Below, piece after piece: positions 22,978-33,647 of a DNA stretch of 34,041 nt. This DNA is from Chiloscyllium plagiosum (lineage: Eukaryota), in contig NC_057758.1 of the NCBI RefSeq assembly GCF_004010195.1, positions 3,153,819-3,187,859 on the forward strand. The letters run 5' to 3'. Position numbers and translations under genes: made by a program. The notes under the pieces were generated by a model, which saw nothing but the letters and a program-made list of their open reading frames with translations, was not told the origin of the DNA and made no database searches. Numbering within the stretch: position 1 is the stretch's first letter; each line of letters starts with the position of its first letter.

Positions 22978-23915
22978 GAGTCATAGATTCATAGAGATGC
23001 ACAGCATGGAAACAGACCCTTCGGTCCAACCCGTCCATGCCGACCAGTTATCCCAACTCAATCTAGTCACACCTGACAGCACCGGGTCCATACCGCTCCA
23101 AACTCTTCCTATTCATATATCCATCCAAATGCCTTTTAAATGTTGCAACTGTACCAGCCTCCACCACTTCATCTGGCAGCTCATTTTCCATATACATACC
23201 ACCCTCTGTGTGAAGACGTTGCCCCGTAGGTCTCTTTTACATTCTTTCCCTCTCACTCAAAACCTATGCCCTCTTGTTCTGGACTCCACCACCCTAGAGA
23301 AAAGACTTTGCCTATTTATCCTATCCATGCCCCTCATAATTTTGTAAACCTCTATAAGGTCACCCCTCAGCCTCCAGCGCACAGAGAAAACAGTCCCAGT
23401 ATATTCAGCCTCTTCTTATACATCAAATCCTCCAACCTTGGCAACATCCTTTTAACTCTTTTCTGAATCCTTTCAAGTTTCACAACATCCTTCCAATAGG
23501 AAGGAGACCAGAATTGCATGCAATATTCCAAAAGTGGCCTAACCCATGTCCTGTACAGTCGCAACATGACCTCCCAACTCCAGTACTCAATACTCTGACC
23601 AATAAAGGAAAGCATACCAACCGCCTTCTTCACTATCCTATCTACCTGCGACTCAAATTTCAAGGAGCTACGAACCTACACTCCAAAGTCTCTTTGTTCA
23701 GCAACAGTCCCCAGGACCTTACCATTAAGTGCATAAGTCCTGATAAGATTTGCTTTCCCATAATACAGCATCTCGCATTTATCTCAATTAAACTCCATCT
23801 GCCACTTCTCAGCCCATTAGCCATTGGATCAAGATCCTGTTGTAATCTGAGGTATCCATCATAGCTGTCCACCACACCTCCAAGTTTGGTGTCATATGCA
23901 AACTTTACCCCCTTC
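22978..23915 (-). mobile_element. CR1 LINE, RT C-terminal half and 3' tail (CTATGACTC family)
   Basis: KFAYDTKLGG, VRPLLEYCMQFWSP, LGLFSL; tail reverse complement GAGTCATAGATTCATAGAG. Confidence 0.93.
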
Positions 23916-24388
23916 ATAAGCATAAAGTCTTTGAGTCGTTCCCAAATATATATTTTTCTCTATATAATTCCTTTGAACAGAGTGTGGGCTGTAACATACT
24001 CCCCAGGCTGTGCTGTTTAACATGTACCATCCTTAACTCACACGGAATGTAGGCTTTAATTGTAATCCACGTGATCAGTGTAGTCTGCAACGTTGTTTTA
24101 TGTAAAAATGGCTCGATCTGCGTAAAGTATGTGGTTCACTTTCCAGTACAAGTCATTTTTTAATGTAAATCTGTTGATCACAGTGAACTGTGTAAATCTT
24201 GCCACTATATGTTGTTCAAAATATCAATCCCTCGATCAAAGCACCGTTCCCCCTTCTATTTGTTTCAGATATAAATCTATACCTGAATCATTGCAAAATA
24301 GTTTTTCTTTCCCCAGGGTATGTTCTTACCAATCTAAACCCCTTGATCAGAGTTCAGTCTATAGCATACTCACCGGTATACTTTTAAG

Positions 24389-24558
24389 GAAACATAAATT
24401 GCTGGAAAAACTAAGCAGGTCTGGCAGCATTTGTGGAGAGAAAGCACGGTGTACCCAAACATTTAAATCTGCCTTCTTTCCACAGATGCTGTGAGGCCTT
24501 CTGAGATTTATCCAGCAATTTCGAATTTTGTTTTTGATTTGCAGCATCCGCGGTTCTT
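24389..24558. mobile_element. Short fold-back element built from a PLE-type tail
   Basis: Inverted arms AAATTGCTGGA...GGAGAGAAAGCA (24396-24446) and TGCCTTCTTTCC...TCCAGCAATTT (24470-24521); ends GCAGCATCCGCGGTTCTT like the tail at 32549-32565. Confidence 0.65.
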
Positions 24559-24651
24559 TAGATTTATATATAGCTACATCCATCAGAATGCAGTTTGTAA
24601 TCTCCTCCCCAGTACATCTTGCTTCATATATAAAATACTCAAATATAGTGC

Positions 24652-24845
24652 TGTTTGCAAACTCACTTGCTGCTATGTTTTGTTCACGACATATGATCAT
24701 AACTCTCAGTGCAGTCTGTAACTCACTCCTCAGTCTCTATGCTTTACATGTAAAACCCTCGGTCACAGTCCAGTGTGTAACTCTCGCCACAGTCTATGGT
24801 GTTTTACATAGAAACCCCTCAAATGAATCATAGTGTGTAACTCAC
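24652..24845. repeat. Degenerate 59-60-bp minisatellite
   Basis: AACTC(A/T)C anchors at 24660, 24720, 24779 and 24839; weaker units probably extend over about 23990-24385. Confidence 0.7.
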
Positions 24846-25292
24846 TTCCCACTTCCTGCAGGGACGGGGTCAGGAAGGAAGGTCTTTCTTTGGCTGTGCG
24901 GACAAAGATGTTAATTGTACATATTGAGTCCAGCTGAAAATCATGTCCAAGTCCCTTTTAGGTTCGTGCAGTCAAGCAGAAGCCGTATTGTGGCTTCCAG
25001 CGTCGTGCTCAAACTGCATTCTTCTATTTCTAATTAATTGCACAGAGCTGCGACCAACCCAATGTTGTGCAACATATTGAACATTTATAAATAGAAAGTC
25101 TGTCTTAGATTGTACCTGCTCCAAAATCAATATTTCCTCTACTCTTTAAAAGTGAACGTTTAATGTGACCTACGAGGCAGGTATAGCACGAGCGTAGAGA
25201 CACAGTAAAGCGTTCAGTACTCGGAGACTTTGACTGCTAAAATCTTTTGAATTCATAATTATGTAGAATAATTTCTAATTATGTAGTTAGTA

Positions 25293-26330
25293 AAATGTAG
25301 GGAAATTGATGGTGACATCTTGCAAAATGTCCAGATTACAGAGGAGCAAGTGTTGGATGTCTTGAAACGAGTAAAGGTGGATAAATCCACAGGGCCTGAT
25401 CAGGTGTTCCCGAGAACTCTGTGGGAAGCTAAAGAAGTGATTGTTTGGATTCTTGCTGGGATATTTGTATCATCGATTGTCACAGGTGAGGTGCCAGAAG
25501 ACTGGAGGTTGGCAAACGTGGTGCCATTCTTTAGGAAGGGTGGTAAGGACAAGCCAGGGAATTATAGACCAGTGAGCCAGTCCTCTGTGGTGGGCAATTT
25601 GTTGGAGGGAATCCTGAGGGAAAGGATGTACATGTATATGGGAAGGCAAGGACAGATTAGGGATAATCAACATGGCTTTGTGCGTGGGAAATCATTCTCA
25701 CAAATTTGATTGAATTCTTGAAGAAGTAACAAAGAGGATAGATGAGGGCAGAGCGGTAGATGAGATCTGTATGGACTTCAGAAAAGCGTTCGACAAGGTT
25801 TCCCCATGGGAGATTGGTTAGTGGGGTTACATCTCTTGGAATACAGGGAGAACTAGCCATTTGGATACAGAACTGGCTCAAAGGTAGAAGACAGAGGATG
25901 GTAGTGGAGGGTTGTTTTTCAGACAAGAGGCCTGTGACCAGTGGAGTGCCACAAGGATCGGTGCTGGGTCCTCTACTTTTTGTCTTTTCCCTGGGGTCAG
26001 GTAGTTCAGAACTAGGGGCATAGGTTTAGGGTGAGAGTGGAAAGATATAAAAGAGACCTAAGTGCCAACTATTTCACACAGAGAGTGGTACGGGTATGGA
26101 ATGAGCTGCCAGAGGAAGTGGTGGAGTCTGGTACATTTAAGAGGCATTGGGTATGGAATGAGCTGCCAGAGGAAGTGGTGGAGGCTGGTACAATTATAAC
26201 ATTTAAGAGGCATTTGGAGGGAACGGGCCGGTACTGGCAGGTGGGACTAGATTGGGTTGGGATATCTGGTCGACATGGACTGGTCGGACCAAATTGTCTG
26301 TTTCCATGCTGTGTATCTCTATGACTCTAT
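25293..26330 (+). mobile_element. CR1 LINE RT with a large internal deletion and a tandem duplication
   Basis: DKSTGPDQVFPR, PGNYRPVS, QHGF, SGVPQGSVLGPLLF, then a jump at about 25985 to the C-terminus; tail CTCTATGACTCTAT. Confidence 0.93.
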
Positions 26331-28094
26331 TTGAAAATAAAAACACAGCAGACCGCCATCACTGGTACATTTAGGCTTAAATCGAAATAGGTGAGGCTTC
26401 TTTTTAAATCAGAAAAATACCATTACTGCACAAAACACTGTTAGAAATTTCCTGGTGCAATATTTAGACTTACGTCAGTGATACTATTACAGCATTGGCA
26501 GATTTATAATACTTGAAGCAGCAGCAAAAATTAATGATAATATATTGCCTAGGCGTACATATCTGTACAAGCATAATTCTACAACACGAAGCCAATATAA
26601 ATTGGGCTACACTGAGCAGTCATTGCTATTCCTCTGTTCTTTAGGAATTCTGTGCAGTGTTTAAATAGATTTTTACGCTGTAATTTATGAGTAACTTAGA
26701 ACGTGTAAAACTGTGAGAGCGCCACATTCTGAATTTCTAATGAGAGTCGTTATTAAACTACACAAGTACATCAATCAATCTAGAAAATTGATTCATTGCA
26801 TCGGATGGGTGTCTACTAGAGGGGCCAAAGGCCGTTTTTAAAATTAGTTTCTGGGACCTCGGTGTCGCTGGCTGGCCAGCATTAATAGCCCATCTCTACA
26901 AGAAGGCACAGATTGCTACACAACAGGAAAAGTTTACTTCTACAGTATGAAAAGAGTTACAAGGCATAAGAGAATATTCTCAAATAAGCGTACTGATAAC
27001 TGCATCTTGTGCTCCTCCACATCCTCATCCTCCAGTCTTTCCAAAACCGAGCACTTCACTACTAAATCTGTTGCAAAAATAGGAAGATACAGACTGCATT
27101 ATTCGAAACGATTCAGCATGGCATCGGACAGCTCCCGTTCGAAAGGTGTCCATTCTGAGAAACTTATTGTTAATCAATGCAAGGTCACTTCCAGTACACA
27201 GATCAAGCTGCTCAAGTTTGTAAATGAATAATTTGGAAACAATCCAACATTTTGCGTGTTTTTTCCCCTGAAGATGGAAATCTGGGGATACTTTAAAGTT
27301 AGTTTGCCTTTATTGTATGTATGGTGAATTGAAAGTGTGTTGTGTTCCTGTATGTGTTTTTATGAGCGTATGGCATGTTTGGTTAATGTCTTGTGCTTTT
27401 AAGAAACCATCGATGGTTGTTTCAAGTAACAACCTGCGAAATTTTGATTTTAAAAAAGTCTGTCAAGCTTCGTAACTGTTTACCTTTTGCAATTGTATCT
27501 GAGCTGTGTTTGGAACTCGGAAAATTTAATTTGCTGAAGTTATCATGTTTGCAATTTCATTTTCTGGTCAGCGAGAACTTCCAAATATTGTTTTAACATA
27601 GGACCAAATATTATCCAAGTGATAGCGACATTCGAACGCTGAAAATGCAACTCCCCGCATGTGAGGAGTCCAGAAATAGCAAACATTAACAAAGGGATGA
27701 TTTTCTTTTTCTGTTCTTAAAAAGGACAATCACTTATTGTCCTTGCAGGAAGAGAGACGGTTGACATAGTTTTGTCCAGAGGTTCACGTCGCATAGCATT
27801 TTTCCCTGAGCTTCATACGACTTGATGTGGTTTGAATACAGCTTGGGACACCGAAGGTTGCACCCATTTACAGAGTTTCAATATCGCAACATGGTGATGA
27901 ATGAGATGCCTTCAACCACTCAAACCAGTTGCTAATAATTCATTTCAGCTTTGGGGAATTACTGTGGAAATATTAATTATAGTGAGTGTCAGCAATCTCG
28001 AAACCAGTGAGTCTTTGTACGCTCAAGCAGAGCATGACAAAACCATATTACGTTGAAATGTTTAAGAGATTTTGTGAAATGATAAAATGTATGC

Positions 28095-28819
28095 TGTTAT
28101 GAAGTTAAGGGTGTATGCTGTACCTTTAAAAGAGAGTGAAACTTGAAAGCTGGCATGTACATGTCATGTGACTGACTAGAAGCAACAGTGTGCTGGAAAA
28201 TTTGCTGCAACCTCGATACCTCAGTTGTTTTCACCAATCAGTTTAAATTATGCCCGATATACTAATACCAAATCGAATATGAAATGTACTGCTTTGAAAA
28301 CATTGAACCATCGAGACGATCCGATGTTTTGGTTAAAAAAGAAGCAGGCATTTTTGGACAGTTAGCTGGAAAGAGCACAAAATGATATTGGAAGACTTGT
28401 ATTCACCACATACTCTCTCAAAGCTACCCATTTCATTAGAAACATCTTTGCAGTAGAAGATTGAAAACGACCAAGGAAGTTCTAAAAACAGAGGATGATC
28501 TACACCAGAGACAACAGCTGCTGTCTGATTTTGAAAAATTAAGTTTCTTTAAATTTAATAGGGGCTTTTTATTGGATCAATCTTCTGTTATAGAGTGGAA
28601 GGTACATAACAACTCTTTAAGAAAAGGCTACTTAGAGTTGTAACGAGTTGTTGTTTAATGTTCACTTTTAAGGTTGAAGAATAAAAAGATTATATTCTTG
28701 TTAAATACTGGAATTTGGATAGTTCTCTGTCACGCAATATTTCACAGATTACAAGGCTAGTTGAGCTTTTCTGTGCATTTGGTTTAAATAACAGAAAGGT
28801 TCACCGCCGAGTCGTAACA
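28095..28819 (+). mobile_element. 5' LTR of Gypsy element D
   Basis: TGTTATG...CGTAACA termini; homologous to the LTRs of A and C; followed by PBS-like sequence and gag. Confidence 0.88.
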
Positions 28820-28822
28820 GTT

Positions 28823-28842
28823 TCGGAGCTTGGGTCCGTAAT
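28823..28842 (+). promoter_or_regulatory. Degenerate primer-binding site, probably tRNA-Pro type
   Basis: TCGGAGCTTGGGTCCGTAAT directly after the LTR resembles TGGGGGCTCGTCCGGGAT. Confidence 0.45.
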
Positions 28843-28989
28843 TTGGATAAGGTTAGGCAGATCCAGTCTAAAAATTGCACAGATCTGTAGATGTTTGAAA
28901 GTTAGCAGGTTTACACACTTGCCGATTAGTGTCCTAGATTTTTAAACAAAACGTAGATTTGTTTAAATTGCGGTTATTCGTAGTTGGTT

Positions 28990-30540
28990 AAATTAAAAGT
29001 GAGAGAAATAGCTTGAAAACTAAATGAAGAGTTTCTGAGGTTGGAAGATGATTCACAAATTTGCCAAGGAAGTTTACAAATACAGAAAAATACCAATATT
29101 TTAGAATTAGCAAGAAGGTGAGAATTGTGTTTAACCAAGGACAAAAGTAAAGTTGCAATTGTTCGGGAGTTGCTCAAGCACTTATGTATGTCAGAGATAC
29201 AGACAAATGGAGGACTGTTAGAAAAAAGCGTAAAGTACAATTGATGAAAATTGAGTTAGAAGATAAAGAAAAAGACGGACAAAGAGAAAGAGAACAAAGA
29301 GAGAGGGGAAAAAGGGGGAAAGAAAAAGAGAAAGAGATAAGGATCAAAAAGAGAGCAAAATGAGAGAGAAAGTTCTTAGCTGAGCAAAGGGAGAGGAAAT
29401 AAAGAGAAAAAGAGAGAAAGTGAGTGAAGAAAGGGAGAATGAAAACAGAGAGAAAACAAAGAGAAATTGAGAGAGATGCTGAACTTCAGAAGTAGCCAAC
29501 TTATTCAGCAAAGTCAACTTAACAGGATGGTGATGAAGACAGAAGGTAGTGATACATACATTTATCTTAAAACACTGCCATGCTTTGATGAGGACGATAT
29601 TCTGTATTTGTTTTGAAAAACTGCCTACACGGATGGTGTGGTCAGTGGACTCGTGGGAAATGCTCGTTCAGAAAAAAATGATAGGCAGTGCTTATGAGAT
29701 ATTAGCAGTGCTGTCAGATGAGGGTTCCTGTGATTATAAAAAGGTTAAACAGGCAATTTTGAGTGCTTACTAATTGGTTGCTGATGCACGTAGACAGCAG
29801 TTCAGAAACATAAAGGAAGAACTAGGTGAGACTTATGTTGAGTTCGAAAGAATTAAATATAATAATTTAGATAGATGGATGCGGATTCTAAAAATAGATA
29901 AGATCTTTGAGACTGTAAGATAGATTATTCTGCTGGAGGAGTTTAAAAATTCACTTCTAAAGACGATAAGATCCATGTGCATGAACAAAAACTGCAAGAA
30001 GTGGGAAGATTAGCAGAGATGGAAGGCGAATATACATTGGTGCACAAGGGACAGTTTAGATTCTGGCAAAGGGAAGACATTGAAGAAAGGTGGATAATGC
30101 ATTAAGAATAAAAAAATGTGGAGAGAAAAGTGGTAATTTTTTACCACAGGTCTAAAAAGAAGTACAAGAGGGAGGAAAGGAGATGAAAAGCCTCAGGTCT
30201 TTCCACTGTGCTAAGGTGGGGCACGTTAAGTCACAGTGCTGGTTGCTAAAGAAGGGCACTGTGAGAAAAAGACACGGTAAAAGAAGCCAAGCCACTGACA
30301 TTATTGAAAGCAGTAAAGAAAACCACAAGACAAGTCGAAGAGTGGAAGGAAAGTGCTCAGCCGAGACAGGGACTGGGTATGAGGTTAATGTTTGATCTCT
30401 GTAAATAACTCTCCGCTACTGCTAAATTTTATTCAGAAAGAAATGGCGGGGGGAAGTGAAAGAACATATAATTTTGACAGATACTGGATCTAACCAGTGC
30501 TTGATTATAAGAGATTAGAGATTGCAACACTCCTGTGATG
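28990..30540 (+). mobile_element. Gypsy element D gag and protease pseudogene (Gmr1-like by LTR homology and gag type)
   Basis: E/R/K-rich purine tract 29260-29475; CFEK..W..W..L.Q..IGSAYE..DYKKVKQAILSAY; RQQFRN; knuckle FHCAKVGHVKSQCW; protease ILTDTGS near 30471-30491. Confidence 0.88.
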
Positions 30541-31760
30541 TTTTTGCAAGGTTTGTGAAGGTTTGTAGCTCAGGTTGAGGTTTAGGGTATATGTTTGTCG
30601 CTGAGCTGTAGGTTTCATATCCAGACGTTTCATTACCTGGCTAGGTAACATCATCACTGGCGATCTCCAAGTGAAGCGAAGCTGTTGTCTCCTGCTTTCT
30701 ATTTATATCTTTCTCCTGGATGTGGTTCCTAGGGTTTGTGGTGATGTCATTTCCTGCTCGTTTTCTGAGGGGTTGATAGATGGTATCTAGATCTATGTGT
30801 TTGTTTATGGCGTTTTGGTTGGAGTGCCAGGCCTCTAGGAATTCTCTGGCATGTCTTTGCTTAGCCTGTCCCAGGATAGAAGTGTTGTCCCAGTCGAAAG
30901 TGTGGTTGTTTTTTCCTCCGTGTGTCGGGCTACGAGGGAGAGAGGGCGTGTCTTTTTGTAGCCAGCTGGTGTTAGTGTATCCTGGTGGCTAAATTTCTTC
31001 CTGTTTGTCCTACGTAGTGTTTGTGGCAGTCCTTGCATGGAATTTTGTAGATGACGTTGGTTTTGTCCATGGGTTGTACTGGGTCTTTGAAGTTTTTGTT
31101 AGTTTTTGTTTGAGAGTGTTGGTGGGTTTGTGTGCTACTAGGATTCCGAGGGATCTTAGTAGTCTGACTGTCATTTCTGAAACTTCTTTGATGCATGGTA
31201 TGATGGTTATGGTTTCTGGCTGTGTTTGGTCTGCTTGTTGTGGTTTGTTCTTAAGGAATCTGTGCACTGTATTATTTGAGTATCCGTTCTTCTTGAATAC
31301 GTTGAATAGGTGGTTCTCCTCTGTTTTCCAAAGTTCATCTATGCGGCAGTGTGTGGTGGCTCGCTGGAATAGTGTTCTGATACAGGTTCGTTTGTGTGTG
31401 TTGGAATGGTTGCTGGTGTAGTTAGGGATTCAGTCAGTGTTTGTCAGTTTTCTGTATATGCAGGTTTGTAGTTCTCCGTTGTCCTTTCTTTCGACTGTGA
31501 CGTCCAGAAATGCGAGTTTGTTGTCGGTTTCTTCCTCCTTGGTGAACTTTATGCCTGTGAGGGTGTTGTTGATGATGTTAAATTTCTCTTCTATCTTGTT
31601 TCGTTTTGTGATGACAAAGGTGTCATCTACGGAGTGGACCCAGATTTTTTTTGATGGTTGGTAGGGCTGTTTGTTCTAGTCTTTGCATTACCGCTTCTGC
31701 TATGAATCCTGATAGCAGAGATCCCATGGGTGTGCCGTTTTGTTTGTTTGTAGACTATGT
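30541..31760 (-). mobile_element. Penelope-like element (Poseidon-type): RT core, thumb, GIY-YIG and tail
   Basis: NGTPMGSLLSG, WVHSVDDTFV, FLDVTV, NVIYKIPCKDCHKHYVGQTGRNLATRIH; related to 7494-8460. Confidence 0.93.
30621..30660 (-). ncRNA. Hammerhead ribozyme motif with a C3->G core substitution
   Basis: Minus strand CCA-GTGATGA-T-GTTACCT-AGCC-AGGTAAT-GAAA-C-GTC-TGG; stems I and II intact. Confidence 0.72.
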
Positions 31761-31764
31761 TTGT

Positions 31765-32576
31765 AGACGACCAAAGATCCAAGAGGTTTCTGGTCCTCAC
31801 CTACCACCCTATCAACCCCACTGGTCCTCACCTACCACCCACCAACCTCCAAATACGTTGTATCATCTTCCGTCATTTCCGCCACCTCCAAGCAGACCCC
31901 ACTACCAAGGATATATTTCCCTCCCCTCCCCTATCAGCGTTCTGGAAAGACCACTCCCTCCACGACTCCCTCGTCAGGTCCACACACCCCACCAACCCAA
32001 CTTCCACTCCCGGCACCTTCCCTTGCAACCACAAGAAATGGAAAACTTGCGCCCACACCTCCCCCCTCACATCCCTCTAAGGCCCCAAGGGATCCTTCCA
32101 TATCCGTCACAAATTCACCTGCACCTCCACACACATCATTTACTGCCTCTGCTGCACCCGATGTGGCCTCCTCTACATTGGGGAGACAGGCCGCCTATTT
32201 GTGGAACGTTTCAGAGAACATATCTGGGACACCCGCACCAACGAACCCAGCCGCCCCGTGGCTGAACACTTTGACTCCCCCTCCCACTCCGCAGGTCCTT
32301 GGCCTCCTCAATCGCCAGACCATAGCAACACGACGCCTGGAGGAAAAGCGCCTCATCTTCCGCATAGGAACTCTCCAACCACAAGGGATGAATGCAGCTT
32401 TCTCCAGCTTTCTTTTATCTTAGCCTGCTTGGCACACCCTCCTCATTCCTGAAGAAGGACTTATGCCCGAAACGTCGATTCTACTGCTCCTTGGATTCTG
32501 CCTGAACTGCTGCGCTTTTCCAGCAACACATTTTTAACCTCTGATCTCCAGCATCTGCAGTCCTCGCTTTCTCCTA
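31765..32576 (+). mobile_element. Penelope-like element (Neptune-type): Cys linker, GIY-YIG endonuclease and tail
   Basis: LVLTYHP, PCNHKKWKTC, FTCTSTHIIYCLCCTRCGLLYIGETGR, ERFREH, VAEHF, EKRLIFRIGTLQPQGMN. Confidence 0.92.
32445..32480 (+). ncRNA. Minimal hammerhead ribozyme motif with intact core
   Basis: CTGAAGA 32449-32455, A, GGAC-TTAT-GCCC (one mismatch), GAAA 32469-32472, C, GTC 32474-32476. Confidence 0.75.
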
Positions 32577-32579
32577 GTT

Positions 32580-33647
32580 GTTTTTATTGTCAGCCCAATC
32601 TACTGTTTTCCCAGTGCTCCTGGCCACTTTATAGGCTCTCTCTTTGTCTATGATACATTTCCTGACTTCCTTTGTCAGCCCTGGCTGTCCCCCCAGATAA
32701 TCTTGCTTTTTGGGGGGGATTTACCTCTGAACTGTGCCCTCAATTACATCCAGAAACTCCTGCCATTGTTGGTCTGCTGTCTTCCCCACTAGGATCTGCT
32801 TCCAGTCGATTTCTCGTCAGTTCCTCTCTCATGCCACTGTAATTACCTTTATTGAACTGTAATACCATTACTTCCGATTTTGCGTTTTCTCTTTCAAACT
32901 GCAGACTGAACTCAACCACTGCCTCCTAAGTGTTCCCTTACATTAATATCTATTATAAAGTCTGGCCTCATTAGAAAGCACTAAGTCCAGAAATGTCTGC
33001 TCTCTTGTGGGCTCCATCATAAAGTTCTCCAAAGATCCATCCTGTAAGCATTCCATGAATTCCCTTTCTTTGGATCCACAGGCAAAATTATTCACCCAGT
33101 CCATTTGTACAATGAAATCCCCCATGATAACCATGATCTTGCCTTTCTGACATGCTCTATCCATTTCCTGGTACATCTATCACCCCTGGTTCGGTCCACT
33201 GCTGGGGGGTCTGTACATCACTCACATTTTGTTTTGCCTTTGTTATTCCTCATCTTCACCCACACAGACTCCACACTATCTGACCCTATGTCAGTCAGTG
33301 TCATCGATTTAATTTCATTGTTAACTAACTTTGCAACCCCGCCCCCTCTGCCCACCTCCCTGACTTTTTGATAAGTTGTAAACAATTGGATGATTAAGTG
33401 TCAGTCCTGAACCCTCGACAACTATGTCTGTGTGATGCCTACCACTTCATAATCAGTCATGATGATTTGTGCTTTAATTCATCGACTTTGTTATGAATAC
33501 TACGAGCATTCAGGTAAAACACCTTAATGCTAATTTTCTTATCCTCCCGATTTCCATCATTTCTGGTAACATGCCCGAAGTTATCCTACCTTTTAGCTTC
33601 ATTCCAAGTCTGCCTCGAACTTAAACCCTGCTCACATGCTAACCTGC
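32580..33647 (-). mobile_element. CR1 LINE ORF2 endonuclease, decayed
   Basis: YLNARSIHNKVDEL, RGGGVA, VIMGDFIVQMDW, EPTREQTFLDLVLSNE. Confidence 0.9.

Noticed and set aside
24652..24845. Regularly spaced repeats resembling a CRISPR array
   Set aside because: Eukaryotic context, no cas genes, and the 'spacers' are mutually similar, so a minisatellite
31651..32265. 204-aa Pro/His-rich ORF
   Set aside because: Off-frame reading of C-rich Neptune PLE sequence
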